Source: the human T2T-CHM13v2.0 reference genome, Homo sapiens. From it: a stretch of 64,000 bases of DNA. The position numbers and the translations under genes were made by a program. Shown piece after piece: positions 37,966 through 52,115 of the stretch. The first letter of the stretch is position 1, and the number at the start of each line of letters is the position of its first letter. Under the pieces are notes generated by a model, which had not been told where the DNA came from, did no database searches, and saw only the letters and a program-made list of their open reading frames with translations. Location: assembly GCF_009914755.1 (NCBI RefSeq), contig NC_060929.1. One strand, given 5' to 3'.

Positions 37966-38723
37966 CATTGAGAGTATTACTTAACTAGGTAATGATTGGG
38001 GTGGGGGTACCTTTTCCAAATATCTACCAGGTGCGGATTCAGGGCAGAGCCTACTGCCTAGCTGCTAGAACCTACAGCTGAGCTTGCTACTATCCTCAAG
38101 GGCAGCTACTGTTTCAGAAAGAATTTTTTTTTTTTTTTTAGTCTGGCTTTCTGCCTTGCTCTATGTTTATGGATCATGTGGATTTTCCTCAAAATCTCAC
38201 AAGGTCATCTGTGTACTTGCAGAATTCTTATTCTATTTTATATAGGATTTTTAGTAGACATTCACACACCAACTTTATAGTAACACTGAATTGTTCGAAG
38301 CAGAGGTCACTTATTTGTTTTTAAAGCTCCTTGGGAATTTTTGCAAAATATGTTTTTCCAAGCTTCTATCTTTTATCTAGAGATTCAGTAGATGATGCAT
38401 GGGCCACACATGAGATACAGCATTAGATTACATAGTCCGTGAAGCAGGAGTTATCACTAAATTCATAAATCATGGCATTTCATCTGGAACAAAATACACA
38501 CACAATAAAAACTTATAAAATGAAAGAATAAGAGAATAAATAAATGAACAGCCATTTACAAAGTGCATCAATATTTCATTGTGTCTACAGCAATGTTCTA
38601 CATTCTTTCTAGTTCAAAAAATATGTAATTCAATTCTTAAGCCTAAAAACAGTTTAAATAATTCCATTAGATTATTACCTACTTATAGCCCATATTAAAG
38701 AAATAATCACTTATGTGTTTCTT

Positions 38724-39025
<302 letters not shown>

Positions 39026-39958
39026 CAATTTATGTGTTTCTTGACTAGTACATTTTGTTGAACATAAATTTTGTAAAAAAGTCAATTTACAAAATATCTG
39101 ATGGGGAGAGAATATAAAACTCTTCTTGTTTCTTTAAATCCCGACTGAAACACACTTTCTATTAGCAAACTAAGTAGGTCACTTTAAGAAAATATTAACT
39201 CTCTTTAAGACATTTTCTTGTGCAAAAAAATTGGGCAGAGATAATGAGTTTGACAATGAATTGTTTTCTAAATGACACTGAAAGATAGAGTTGAATAAAA
39301 TAAAATTCACCTATCTAGGAGATTCTCCCTAAGCTAACTAAAAATAATTTTAACTATAGTAATGATAATAGCAAGAAAAAAATTAGTGTACAAAAGAGAT
39401 CCTGGATTTGAGGTTGAAGCTTGAGGAAAAGACAGCATTACAGAATATTAAATACTCCACAACCCAGTCCTAAATTGTAACATAAAAATAAACACTCTGG
39501 GAGTTTCAAAGAGAACAATGTAAATTGGAATTTTGAAGGGTGTGTTTTGTACTCTAACTCCCCTTTGAGAAACACAGGCAAACTTCCCAGTAAAAATGTT
39601 TTCCCTCAGTCAGCTCAGAGTGGCCTTAATGGAAGTTTGGATAATTGAAAGAAGATATAGTTTTAGAGGAGGTGAAATAACCCTTTGTCAATCTATCAAC
39701 TTTGTGTTTTGTTAAGGAAACAAAGGTGAAAGATGGAGAATTTGTAAAGGATGAATAAAATTAACTTCAAATCCATATTTCTTCAATAATATCTGGTTTA
39801 GTGGAAAGAAATTTATTCTTTTTCCTTTAATACCTATTCTCCTATTTTTAATGTTTTAACATTGGAATTTTCTTATTTTTTAAATAACACATTTATTGCA
39901 GAGAAATCAGAATAGAAACATATAAGCAAAAAAATGACATAACATATTATCCTGGGTA

Positions 39959-42900
39959 GGGGGACTTCAAGATGGCTGATGAATGGCATCTGGTACTCAC
40001 CTCCTCCACAAAAAAGAACCAAAATAGAGAACAGATAATCACACCTTGAAGAGATCACCTTAGAGAGAATGCTGGAGTGCAGCACAGAAGTGACAGGGAA
40101 CACCTACAACAAGGAAGGGGAGGGAGCAAGGCAGCCTGCTCTGCTGGGATCAGCTGGAGCCTGGAGAAGCTTTCCAGTGCAGGGAAAGTGTAAATGACTG
40201 ACACCCAGTGGTCCACATTTCCACTGTAGACTCCACTCCTGCAATCCTAGTCATGGTAGAGCCCATTGACCCATGCAGATCCTGGGACTAACGTTAGGGA
40301 GCTGCCTAGAGACCACATGATGGCATTGCTTCAGAGAGGGAGCTCATGCTGGATCCCATATACCCTCAATCCTAAGCAGCTACAGCAAAGCAACATTTTG
40401 AGAGCCCAGGCCCCATCAGATTGCATTTTGCCCTAGGCTGAAGAGTCCTGCATTTATACCTTTCTAGAGAGAGCCCCAGGAATATCATCTGCCTGCAACT
40501 ATGTGCTACAGCTGGCTGCTGCTGCCAGAGATGAAGCATGAGCCATTGGCAGTGACCCTGCTGCCCCCAGTAGTAGGGCCACCACACATTTACAAGAGCC
40601 CGGATGAGCGGCTACCCCACTTGCAGCCACCACCTAGGGCCAAAATGTGCTCCCAGCTGCCTATTTACAATAGACACAACTGAAACCATGTCCACCCTCC
40701 TCAGCAACAGGGTTGCAATGCAGCTGCTATTACTCAAGCATTCAACTGGGCGCCCAAGCATTCCACTGGATGCGTGGGGATCACCCCACCTCTGCCTACC
40801 ACAGCCAGCAACCACATTACTACTAGGGTATATGAGAACAGGCCCTCCTGGACAAGGTCCACCCCAAACCTCCATGCCTGAGCACACTGCCCACTGACCT
40901 TGGGATCACCCTGCTTGATCCACCACCATTGACACCTGAGCACTCCTCCTTGCCCACCACCCAACTTGCCACCACCACCACAGCTGGAGCCAACCTGCAC
41001 ATGTCACCTGTGGGCCTGGAAACTGACCCACCCAGACCATCACAGACATCATCAACACCAGAGTGGATCACTGGGAAGTCAGAGGGTTGCCCTACCAATG
41101 CCACTTCCCTTGCCCATGCCTTATGTACTTCACAGGTGCCTGAGGACCTGCCCACCAACTTGATCTACTACTACTACTGCTGGTACTTGAGCAAGCTGCA
41201 TGGAAACCCAAGAACTGACCTGACTGGACCTAAACTGCTGCTAGCGTACACTGCTCTGGGATGCAAGGACAGACATGTCCAGTCTGCCATTGCCACCACT
41301 GAGGCTTAAAGAATAGACCACCTGAAATGTCCTACCCAACCAACAATATAAATACATCTTCAGGAAAAAGCTCTTCCCTAAAAAAGCAAATTTGAAAAAT
41401 TTTTTTAAAAAGTGGTTGTTACACCAGATATCAATAAAAGAAACAGGGAATAGCAAAGAATTATGAGACCTCAAAAGAAACATAATAATCATTTAGCAAC
41501 AAATTCCAATGAAAAAGAAATTTATAAAATCCCAGAAAAAGAATTCAAAATAATGACATTAAAAAGTTCAACAAAATACATGAGAACATAGATAATAATA
41601 CAAATATTTTTTAATTCGATATGAATTAGAAACTTACCAAAGTGATAGATATCATAAAAAAGAACCAAACAGAAATTCTGGAACTGAAGAATTTATTGAA
41701 AGAAATACAAAATGCACTCAAAAGCTTTAGTAATACATTAGATCAAGTAGAAGAGTTTCAAGCCTTGAAGAAAGATCTTTTGAAATGATCCAGTCAGACA
41801 AAAATAAATAAATAAAAGAAAAAGAATAATCAAAGCTCACATGACATGTAGTACACAATAGAGCAACCAGATATTTGAGTTTCTGGTGTCACAGAAGAAT
41901 AGAATACAAAAGGGAAGGAAAGCCTTTTCAAAAATAACAGAGGAAAACTTCCAAAGTCTAGAAAAAGATTTAGATATTCAGATATAGAAAATTTAGAGAT
42001 CCCAAACAGATACAATTCCAAAAAGCCTTCCATGTGACATATCATAGTCAAGCAGTCAAAGGTAAAAGACAAAGAGAGAATTCTAAAAACAGGAAAAGAA
42101 AAATGTTTTGTCACTTACAAAGGAATATTCATCAGACTAACAGTGGATTGCTCAGCAGAAACTTTACAGGCCAGGAGAGAATGGGATTATATAGTCAAAG
42201 TGCTTGAAGAGCAGAACAGAACAGAAAATTAAATAAAATAAAAGTAAAGAGAAGAAAAGAAAGGAACTATCAGTCATGGATGCTATACCCAGCAAAGTTA
42301 GCTTTCGTAAATGAAAAAGAATACATAAATAAAGTCTTTCCAAGACAAACACAAGCTGAAGAAATCCAACCCTACAAGACTGGCCCTACAAGAAATACAT
42401 AAAGGAGTTCTAGGCTTTAAAAGGACAATATCTATCATCATGAAAACACACAAAAGTATAAAACATCCTGATAGAGCAAACACACAAATTATGAAAAGAA
42501 AGGACTCAAATGTTTTCACTAGAGAAAACCAATAAACAAGGAAGAACGATGAGAGAGAGAGAGAAACAACAGATACACAAAACAATCAGAAATCAATTAA
42601 TAAAATTGATTTTAGTAATTGATTTAATAAACAATAACAGGAAAAAGGTCTCACATATCAATAATAATCTTGGATGTAAATAAACTTTTCGCATATCAAT
42701 AATAATCTTGGATGTAAATAAACTTTTCATATAAAAGACTGGCAGAATGGATTTAAAAAGTGACTCAACCATATGTTGCTTAGAAGAAAATTATCTTACC
42801 TATAAAGTCAAACATAGGCTGAAAGTAAATGGATGGAAAAAGAAATTCCATGCAAAGAGAAATCAAAAACAAGCAGGAGTAGCTATACTCGTATAAAATG

Positions 42901-45138
42901 AAATGTATTTTAAGTCAAAAAAGTAAGAAGAGACAAAGAAGGTCATTGCATAATGATAAGAGTAACAATTCAGCAAGAAGATATAATAACCGTAAACATA
43001 TATGCACTAAATACAGGACCCCCAAGACATACAAAGCAAATACAAAACCTCCCTTAAATTTAAAGGGAGACAAACTCCAATATAATCATAGTTGTGGACT
43101 TCAATACCCCACTGTTAGCATAGGACTGATTATGTAGAAAGAAAATCAATGAAAAACATTGGATTTGAATTGCACTTAGGAACAAATAGACCTAACAGGA
43201 ATTTGCAGAACACTTAATTCAACAGTTATAAAATATACCCTCTTCTCATCAGTACATGGGACATTCTTTAAGACAGACTGTATGTTTGGACACAAAACAA
43301 TTATCAACAAATTAAAAAATAATCTGAAGTCATATCAAGTATCTTCTCATATCACAATGGAATAAAACTAGATGTCAAAATAAGAGGAGCTTTAGAAGCA
43401 GTAAAAATATATGAACATTAAACAACTTGCTTCTGAATGACCATTGGGACAATGAAGAAATTAGAGGGAAAATCAAAAAATTTATTGAAACAAACAAAAA
43501 TCAAAACATTACATAGTAAAGTCTATGGGATACAACAAAAGCAGTGCTAAGAGGGATGTTTATAGCAATAAATGCATGCATTTAAAAGTTAGAAAGATTT
43601 TGAATAAAAAGTCTAGCAATGCACCTCGAAAACCTAGAAAAGCAAAAAGATGCCAAACTTAGTAGAACAAAATAAATCAGGATCACAGCAGAACTAAACA
43701 AAATAGAAACAACAAAAACAGTACAAAGAATCAGTGAAATGAAAACTTGGTTTTATGAAGGTGTAGAAAAATGGAGAAACAGGTAGACTAACCAAGAAAG
43801 AAGAGAGAAGACCAAAATAATAAAATCAGAAACAAAAAAGAGGTGTTACAACTTACACTATAGAAGTATAAAATATTATCAGAGATTATTATGAACAACT
43901 ATACATTAACAAACCGGAAAAGCTAGAGGAAACTGATAAATTTGCAGACACTTACCACCTACCAAGATTAAATCAGGAAGAAATACAAACAGATCAATAA
44001 TGAGTAATATGATTAAATAAGTAAAAATAAATGTCCAGGACCAGATGGCTTCACTGCAAAATTCCACCAAACTTATAAAGAGTTAATAACAATTCTCTTC
44101 AAACTATTTCAAAAATTTAAAGAGTAGGGGATTCTCTCCAACTCATTCTACAAGGCCAGCATTACCCTGCTACCACAACCAGGCGAGGACACAACGACAA
44201 AAATAACTTACAGGCCAATGTCCCTGATAAACAGATGGAAAAATTCCCAATAAAATATACACAAACTGAATCTGACAGCACATCAAAAAGATAATACACC
44301 ATGACAATGTAGGATTTATCCCAGGGATGCAAGGATTGTTCAACATACACAAATCTATAAAACGTGATAAACTACATCAACAGAATAAAGGGCAAAAACC
44401 ATGTGATTATATCAATAGGCACAGAAAAATCATTTGATAAAATACAACATCTACTTATGATAAAAATTCTCAACAACATAGGCATAGTAAAAACATACCT
44501 CAACATGATAAAGTCCATATATGAGAAATGCAAAGCTAAAATCATACTGAATGGGGAAAAGCTGAAAACCTTCCAAGAACTGGAACAAGTAATGGATGCC
44601 TACTTTTACCATTCCTATCAACATAGTAGTGGAAGTCCTAGCCAGAGCAATCAGGCAAGAGAAAGAAGTAAAAGTCATCTAAATTAGAAAAGAGAAGTCA
44701 AATTGGCCCTCTTTGCAGAAAATATAATCTCAAATTTAGGGGAAAAAAAAAGTTTCAACCAAAAAAACCGTTAGAACTGATTAATAAATTTAGTAATTCA
44801 GGATACAAAATCATCATACAAAAATCAGTAGTATTTCCATACACCAATAATGAACTAGCTGAGAGAAAAGTTAAATAAGGCAATCCTATTTTAAATAGCT
44901 ATTTAAAGATACGTAGGAATAAATTTAACCAAGAAGGTAAAAGATCTCTACAGGGAAAACTACAAAACACTGATGAAAGAAATCGGAGAGGACATAAACA
45001 AATAAACAGAGTAAAGAAACAATCTGCAGAGTGGGAGAAAGCTTTGCAAACTATTCATCCAACAAGGGACTAATATCCCGAATATACAAAGAACTCAATT
45101 AACTCAAAAGTAAAAATATATATATATAGATACCATTA
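39959..45138 (+). mobile_element. Old full-length-type L1MA (L1MA3-L1MA4A range): 5' UTR, decayed ORF1, ORF2 5' three-quarters
   Basis: 5' end GGGACTTCAAGATGGCTGA; ORF1-like CAGCAGAAACTTTACAGGCCAGGAGAGAATGGGAT; RT-like ORF 44364 ([25 protein letters not shown]); non-coding owing to stops and frameshifts. Confidence 0.92.
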
Positions 45139-45167
45139 ATACATATATACACAGTAAAAAAATATAT

Positions 45168-48100
45168 ATCTCCAGGCATTCAGAGCACTTGCTTGCCTGG
45201 TTCAGCAGCCTGAGTCATCTCACTCTTCTTGTGCAGAGATCTTGGTATGGGGGAGCCCTCTTTGCTCCATGCCCTGGCAGATCTCCAAGCATGAGAGTGC
45301 CAGATGGAACATCAGCCTGAGCTGCTCCACTCTACCTATGCAGTGATCCTGGTGCAGGGGAGCTCTCTCTTGTCCACACAGGCAGATCTCCAGGCATCTG
45401 GAGCACATCGTCTCCTGGATTGAGAGTTTAGGCTGCCCCTCATACCCCTGTATATAATTTGAGGCTGAGGAGGTTTCCCAGCTCCATGCCTAGGCACATC
45501 TCTGGGCACCTATTGATTTCCCACTGAATTCTCTTTCAGGGCTGGAGCGTGTGCCTGCCACCAGGGAACCTGTAGACAGAACTGCCTCGTCTGATCCAAC
45601 CCATCTTTACCCTCACCTCCCCGCGGCTGATCAGGGAGCTCAGACTACAGTACACTCCATGAATTAGTCCATTGCCTGAGACAGCGGAAAGCTTCTCCTG
45701 GTAAACAAGGATCAAGTATATACCCAGCCACATTGGCTGCAACTTGCTGTTACCTATAAGCGCCATCTACTGGCTTGTAAGTTAAACTTCACAGCCCAAC
45801 ATGAAAAATGCTAAGAGAAGTGCATAGGGCTATAGAAGCAAAGCCCATAGACCCTAACCAGTATTCTCTACAGACACATGCCCTAGGGAAGAAGATAAAG
45901 AAAAACGGAAAGAAAAAATATTATATGGAAAGAAAGAAAAAGCAAAACTTCTACCCGCATGAAAATAATTACAAAACTAGAAATGCCAGCATCTCTAGAA
46001 GAAAAGGAACCAGTTTAAGAATCTGGCACTATGAAGAATCTGAATGTAGTGATACCACCAAATGATTGCACTAGCTCGCCAGTAATGATCCCTCACCAAA
46101 TGAAAACTCAGAAATTACAGATAAAGAATTCAAAGCGTGGATTGAAAGGAAGCTCAAGGAGATCCAAGAGAAGCTGGAAAATCAACACAAAGAAACTTCT
46201 AAAGCAATCAAGGAAATGTAGGAAGAGATAAACATCTTTAATAATATCAACTAGAGCTTCTGGAATTGAAAAACTCACTTAAGGAATTTCAAAATACAAT
46301 TTAAGGCTTTATTAATAGACTGGACCAAGTAAAAGAAAGAATTTCAGAGTTTAAAGATCCATCTTTGATCTAACCCAGTCAGACAAAAATTTAAAAAAAG
46401 TTTAAAAAGCCTTTGAGAAACATGGGATTATATAACATGACCAAACGTATGCATTATTGGAATTTCTGAAAGAGAGAGAGAAAAAGTAAACCAAATCAAA
46501 AATATATTTGAGGAAATAATTCAAAAAAAATTTCCTAATATTGCTAGAGATGTAGACACTAGATACAAGAAATCCAGAGAACACCTGCGATATACTATAC
46601 AAAATGAATGTCACCAAGGCATATGGTTACTGGACTTTCCAAGATCGATACTCAAGAAAAAAAATCTTAATAGCAGCTAGACAAAAAAAACATATCATGT
46701 ACAAAGGGAAACCCATCTGGCTAAAAACATACTTCTCAGCAGAAACTTTACAAGCCAGAAGAGATTGGCGTTCTATGTTCAGCATTCTTAAAGAATTAAA
46801 CATTCTAACCAAGAATTTTATATTCTACTAAATTAAGCTTCATAAGCAAGGGAGAAATAAAATCTTCCAGATAAGCAAACAGTAAGAGAATTTATTACCA
46901 CTAGACTAGCCTCACAAGATATCCTTAAGGGAGTTCTAAACATGGACATGAAAGAACAATACCTACTACCACAAAAACACACTTAAGAACATAGCCCACA
47001 AACCCTATAAAGCAAACACGCAATAGGAACTACAAAGCAATCAGCTGACAACTTCACGATAGTATCAAACCTCACATAATAATATTAATCTTGAATGTAA
47101 GTGATTTAAATGCCCCTCGCAATAGGCACAGAATGGCAAGTTGGATAAAGAATACAAAACCTATTTTTCTGTTGCCTTTAAGAAGCTCATCTCATACGTA
47201 CCAGTGCCCATAGGCTCAAAGTAAAGAATTGAAGAAAGATTTACCAAGCAAACAGAAAATAAAAAAGAGCAGGGGTCCCTATTCTTGTATCAGATAAAAC
47301 ATACTTCAAGCAAATAAAGTAAAAAAGGACCAATAAGGGCATTACCTAAAGATAAACTGTTAATTCAACACAGTATTTTTAACTATCCTAAAAATATATT
47401 TACCTAAACTGTAGCCCTCAGATTTATAAAACAAGTACTTTTAGACCTATGAAAAGACTTAGACAGTCACACAATAGTAGTGAGGGACTTTAACATTCCC
47501 CTGATAGCACTAGAAAAATAGCATTAGACTGATAGCATTAGACGTGTGAAAACTAACAACAAAAATCTGGAATTAAATTTGACACTTGACTAATTGGACC
47601 AAACAGACATCCACCCATTAGCCACAGAGTATAAATGCTTCTCATATGTACAAAAAACATACTCCAAGATCAACCACATTCTCAGCCATAAAGTGAGCCC
47701 CAATAATTTCAAAAAATCAAAATCTTACCAACCATACTCTCAAATCACAGTATAATAGAAATAGAAGTCAATACCGTGAACAGCTCTCAAAACCACACGA
47801 TTTCATGGAAATTAAATAACTTGCTTTTGAATGGCTTTTGGGTAAACAAAAAAAATGCATAAATCAAAAAAATTATTTGAAATAAATGAAAACAGAGACA
47901 CAACATACCAAAAATCTCTGATGCAACAAAAGTAATGCTGAGGAAAGCTTATCATGGCAAGTGCCTACCATCAAAAAGAGAGATCTGAAGTTAACAATCT
48001 AACATCACACCTAGAAGAACCAGAAAAACAAGAACAAACTAACCTTAACACTAACAGAAAAAAATGAATAACTAAAATCAGAGCAGAACGCAGAGAAATT

Positions 48101-51100
48101 GAGAACCCAAAATTCATACAAATAATCAACAGAAAGGACAAACAAGATCAACAGAATTCTAGCTACAAAGAAAAAAAAATACAGAAGATCCAAATAAGCA
48201 CAATCAAAAACAACAAAGGTGACATTAGAACTAATCCCCCAGAAATACAAGGGATCTCAGAGACTGTTATGAACATCTGTATGCACCCAAACGAGAAAAT
48301 CTAGAGGAAGTGGATAAATTCCTGGAAACACACAATCTCTCAGGATTGAATTGAGGAAATTGAAACCCTGAACACACCAACATCAAGTTCTGAAACTGAA
48401 ACAGGAATAAAAAAACCTAACATATAAAAAAGCTCCAGACCAGATAGATTTATAAACAAATTCTACCAGACATGCAAAGAAGAGCTGGTACCAATTCTAC
48501 TGAAGCTATTCCAAAAAATTGAGTAGGAAGGACTCCTCCCTCACTCATTCTATGAAGCCATCATTACCCTAATACCTAAACCTGGCAAAGAAACAATGAA
48601 AAATGAAAAACTACAGGCCCATTTCCATGATGAACATAAACTCAAAAATCCTCAGCAAGTTACTGGTTAACCGAATCTAAAAACACATAAAAATTTTAAC
48701 TTACTGTGATCAAGTAGGCTTCATTCCTGGGCTGCAAGTTTGGTTCAACATACACAAGTCAATAAATGTGATTCACCACATAAACTGAATTAAAAACAAA
48801 AACCATATAATCATCTCAATAAATGTGGAAAACATTTTTGATGAAATCTAACATCCCTTCATGTTAAAAACTCTCAACATATTAGGCATCAAAAGAATAT
48901 ATCTCAAATTAATAAAAGCTATCTTATATTAGCTTTTATTAGCTTTTATTAATTAATAAAAGCTAATATAAGATATTAATTTTTAAATTAATAAAAGGTA
49001 ATATCTTATATTAGCTTTTATTGCCTGTGGGACAAACCCACAGGCAACATCACAGTGAATGAGAAAAAAACCTTGAGAACTAGAAAAACATAAAGATGCC
49101 TACTGTCACCACTCCTGTTCAACATAGTACTGGAAGTGTTAGCCAGAGCAAACAGCAAGATAAATAAATAAAAGACATCCAAATAGGAAAAGAAGCAGTC
49201 AAACTATTTCTCTTTGTGGAGGACATAATTCTATACCTAGAAAACCCTAACAAATCTTCCAAAAAGCTCTTAGAGTTGATAAATGACTTTAGTAAAGTTT
49301 CAGGATACAAAAATCAATGTACAAAAGTCTGTAGCATTCCGATACACCAATAACATTCAAGCTGCAAGCTTGAATCAAGTCAAATCAAGTATGCAGTTTA
49401 ATTTATGATAGCCACAAGAAAGCCTAGGAATACATATAACCAAGGAAGTAAAATATCTTTACAAGGATAACTTTAAAACACTACTGAGAGAAATCACAGA
49501 TGATACAAACAAATGGAAAAACATTACATGCTCATGGATTAAAACAATATCATTAAAATGGCCATACTTCCAAAAGCAATCTACATATTCAATGCTATTG
49601 CTATCAAATTACCAAGGTATTTTTCATGGAGTTGGGGAAAAAAACTATTCTAAAATACATATAAAACCAGAAAAATAAGCTCCATAGCCAAAGCAATCCT
49701 AAGCAAAAAAGAACAAAGCTGGAGGCATCACATTACCTGACTTAAATCTATCCAATAAGCCTACAATAACCAAAACAGAAAAAAAAAAAAAGACACATAG
49801 ACCAAAGAAACAGAATAGAGAACCCAGAAGTAAAGGTGCACATCACACACTTACAGCCATCTGATCTTTGGTAAAGTCAACAAAAACAAGCAATGGGGAA
49901 AAATTCCCTATTCAATAAATGGTGCTGGGATAGCTGGCTAGTCATTTGCAGAAGAATGAACGTGGACCCCTACCCTTCACCATATAGAAAAATTAACTCA
50001 AGTTGGATTAAAGAGTTAAATGTAAGACCTCAAACCATAAGAATTCTAGAATAAAACCTAGGAAACACCATTCTGGACATTGGCCTTGGAAAATAATTTA
50101 TGACTAAGTCCTCAACAGCAATTGCAACAAAAACAAAAATTGACAAGTGGGACTAATTAAATGAAAGAGCTTCTGTACAACAAAATAAATTATCAACAGA
50201 GTAAACAGACAACTTACAAAATGGGAGAAAATATTTGCAAACTATATATCCAACATCTAACGAAGGTCTAATATCCAGAATACATAAGGAACTTAAACAA
50301 TTGAACAAGCCCAAAACAAAAACCCCACTACAAAATGGGCAAAATACATGAATGGAGACCTCTCAAAAGAAGACATAAAAGTGTCCAATAAGCACATGAA
50401 ATAATGCTCCACATCACCTAATCATCAGAGAAATGCAAATCAAAACCACAATAAGATACCATCTCACATGAGTCAGAATGGCTATTAATAAAAGTCAAGA
50501 AACAACAGATGTTGGCAATGGTGCAGAGAAAAGGGAATGCACATACACTGTGGGTGGGAATATAAATTAGTTCAGTCACTATGGAAAGCAGTTCAGCGAT
50601 TTCTCAAAGAACTTAAAATGAAACTACCATTCAACCCAGCAATCCTATTACTGGATATATATCCAAAAGGAAATCAATTGCTCTACCAAAAAGACACATG
50701 TATTTACATGTTCATCATAGCATGATATACAATAGCAAAGATGTGGAATCAATCTAGGTGCCCATCAATGCTGGATCAGATAAACATCAGATATGTATAC
50801 ATCATGGAATACTACACAGCCATAAAAAAGAATGAAATTGTGTCCTTTGCAGCAACATGGATGGATCTGGAAGCCATTATCTGAACAAATTAATGCAGGA
50901 ACAGAAAACCAAATGCTGCATATTCTCACTTATAAGTGGAACTAAATATTGGGTACTCATAAACATAAATATGGCAATAGAAACTGGGGACTACTAGAGG
51001 AGGCAGAAAATGAGAGGGGATGGGTTGGAAAACTATTGGGTACTATGCTCAGTACCTGAGTGATAAGACTTCTCATACTCCAAACCTCAGCATCATGCAA

Positions 51101-51160
51101 TATTTCCAGGTAACAAACCTGCACATATACTCCCTGAATCTAAACTAAAAGTTGAGAAAG
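45168..51160 (+). mobile_element. Near-full-length L1PA16/L1PA17-like LINE-1 nested in the L1MA
   Basis: Second 5' UTR, ORF1 (ORF 46604 KILIAARQKKHIMYKGKPIWLKTYFSAETLQARRDW), ORF2, and 3' UTR CCAAACCTCAGCATCATGCAATA...CCTGAATCTAAA. Confidence 0.92.
45760..45773 (-). promoter_or_regulatory. Candidate CTCF core motif (reverse) in L1 5' UTR
   Basis: Reverse complement CCAGTAGATGGCGC fully matches CCASYAGRKGGCRS; motif only. Confidence 0.5.
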
Positions 51161-51163
51161 AGA

Positions 51164-52095
51164 GAAAAAGTAGGCAAAGGACATGAATAGACATTTCTTA
51201 AAAGAAAGACACAGAAATAGTCGAAAATATGAAAAAATGCTCAATATACCTAACCATCAGATAAATATAAATCAAAACCACAATGAGATATCATCTTATC
51301 CAAGTTAGAATGGTTATTATAAAAAATAATTACAGATGCTGGTGAGGATGTGAAGAAAAGGGGACTCTTATACACTGTTGGAGGAAATGTACATTAGTAC
51401 AGTCACTATGGAAAATAGTGTAAAGCATTCTCATACACAAATACAAATAGAACTACCATATGATCCAGCAATTTCTTTACTGGGTATTTATCCAGAGGAA
51501 AAAAAATCAATATACCAAAGTAATACCTACACCTCCATGTTTATAGTCCCTGTCAATGAATGAATGAATAAAGAAAATTTGGTATATGCACAATGGAATA
51601 CAACAGTATTCCAGCCATAAAAAAGAATGAAATAATGTCATTTGCAGCAACATGGATGGATCTGGAGGTCATTATATTAAGAGAAATAAGTCAGGCACAG
51701 AAAGACAAATATTACATGTTCTCACTCATATGTGGGAGCTAAAAATTAATCTCATCAAGTTAGAGAGTAGGATGATAAGTACCAGAGCCTGAGAAGGGTT
51801 TCTGAATAGCAGATAGGTACAGAGATAAAGAGAGGCTGGCTTATGGGTACAAACATATAATTTAGAGGAATAAGTTCTGATGTGTGATAGCAGAGTAGTG
51901 TAGCTACAGTTAACAACAATGTTTTTCATATTTCAAACTGGCTAGAAGGGAGGATTTGCAATGTTACTAAGACATAGAATTAATAAACACTCGAGGTGAT
52001 GGATATTTCAAATACCCTGACTTGACAATTACAAATCATATGCATGCAACAAAATTCATACAACTATGTACCAATATTATATATCAATTAAAAAT
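51164..52095 (+). mobile_element. 3' remainder of the host L1MA (ORF2 end plus 3' UTR)
   Basis: Resumes AAAAAGTAGGCAAAGGACATGAATAGACATTTC; 3' UTR ACTCGAGGTGATGGATA..AAATACCCTGACTTGA; flanking repeat AAAATGACAT at 39931 and 52101. Confidence 0.9.
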
Positions 52096-52115
52096 TATTT
52101 AAAATGACATATTAT

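Noticed and set aside
40372-41309. Dense cluster of ORFs in GC-richer DNA
   Set aside because: Falls in the L1MA 5' UTR, where higher GC reduces stops; CpG-depleted, so not an island
41300-51000. Possible functional L1 ORF1p/ORF2p or reverse transcriptase system
   Set aside because: Both L1s are broken by many stops and frameshifts; the longest L1-like ORF piece is 107 aa
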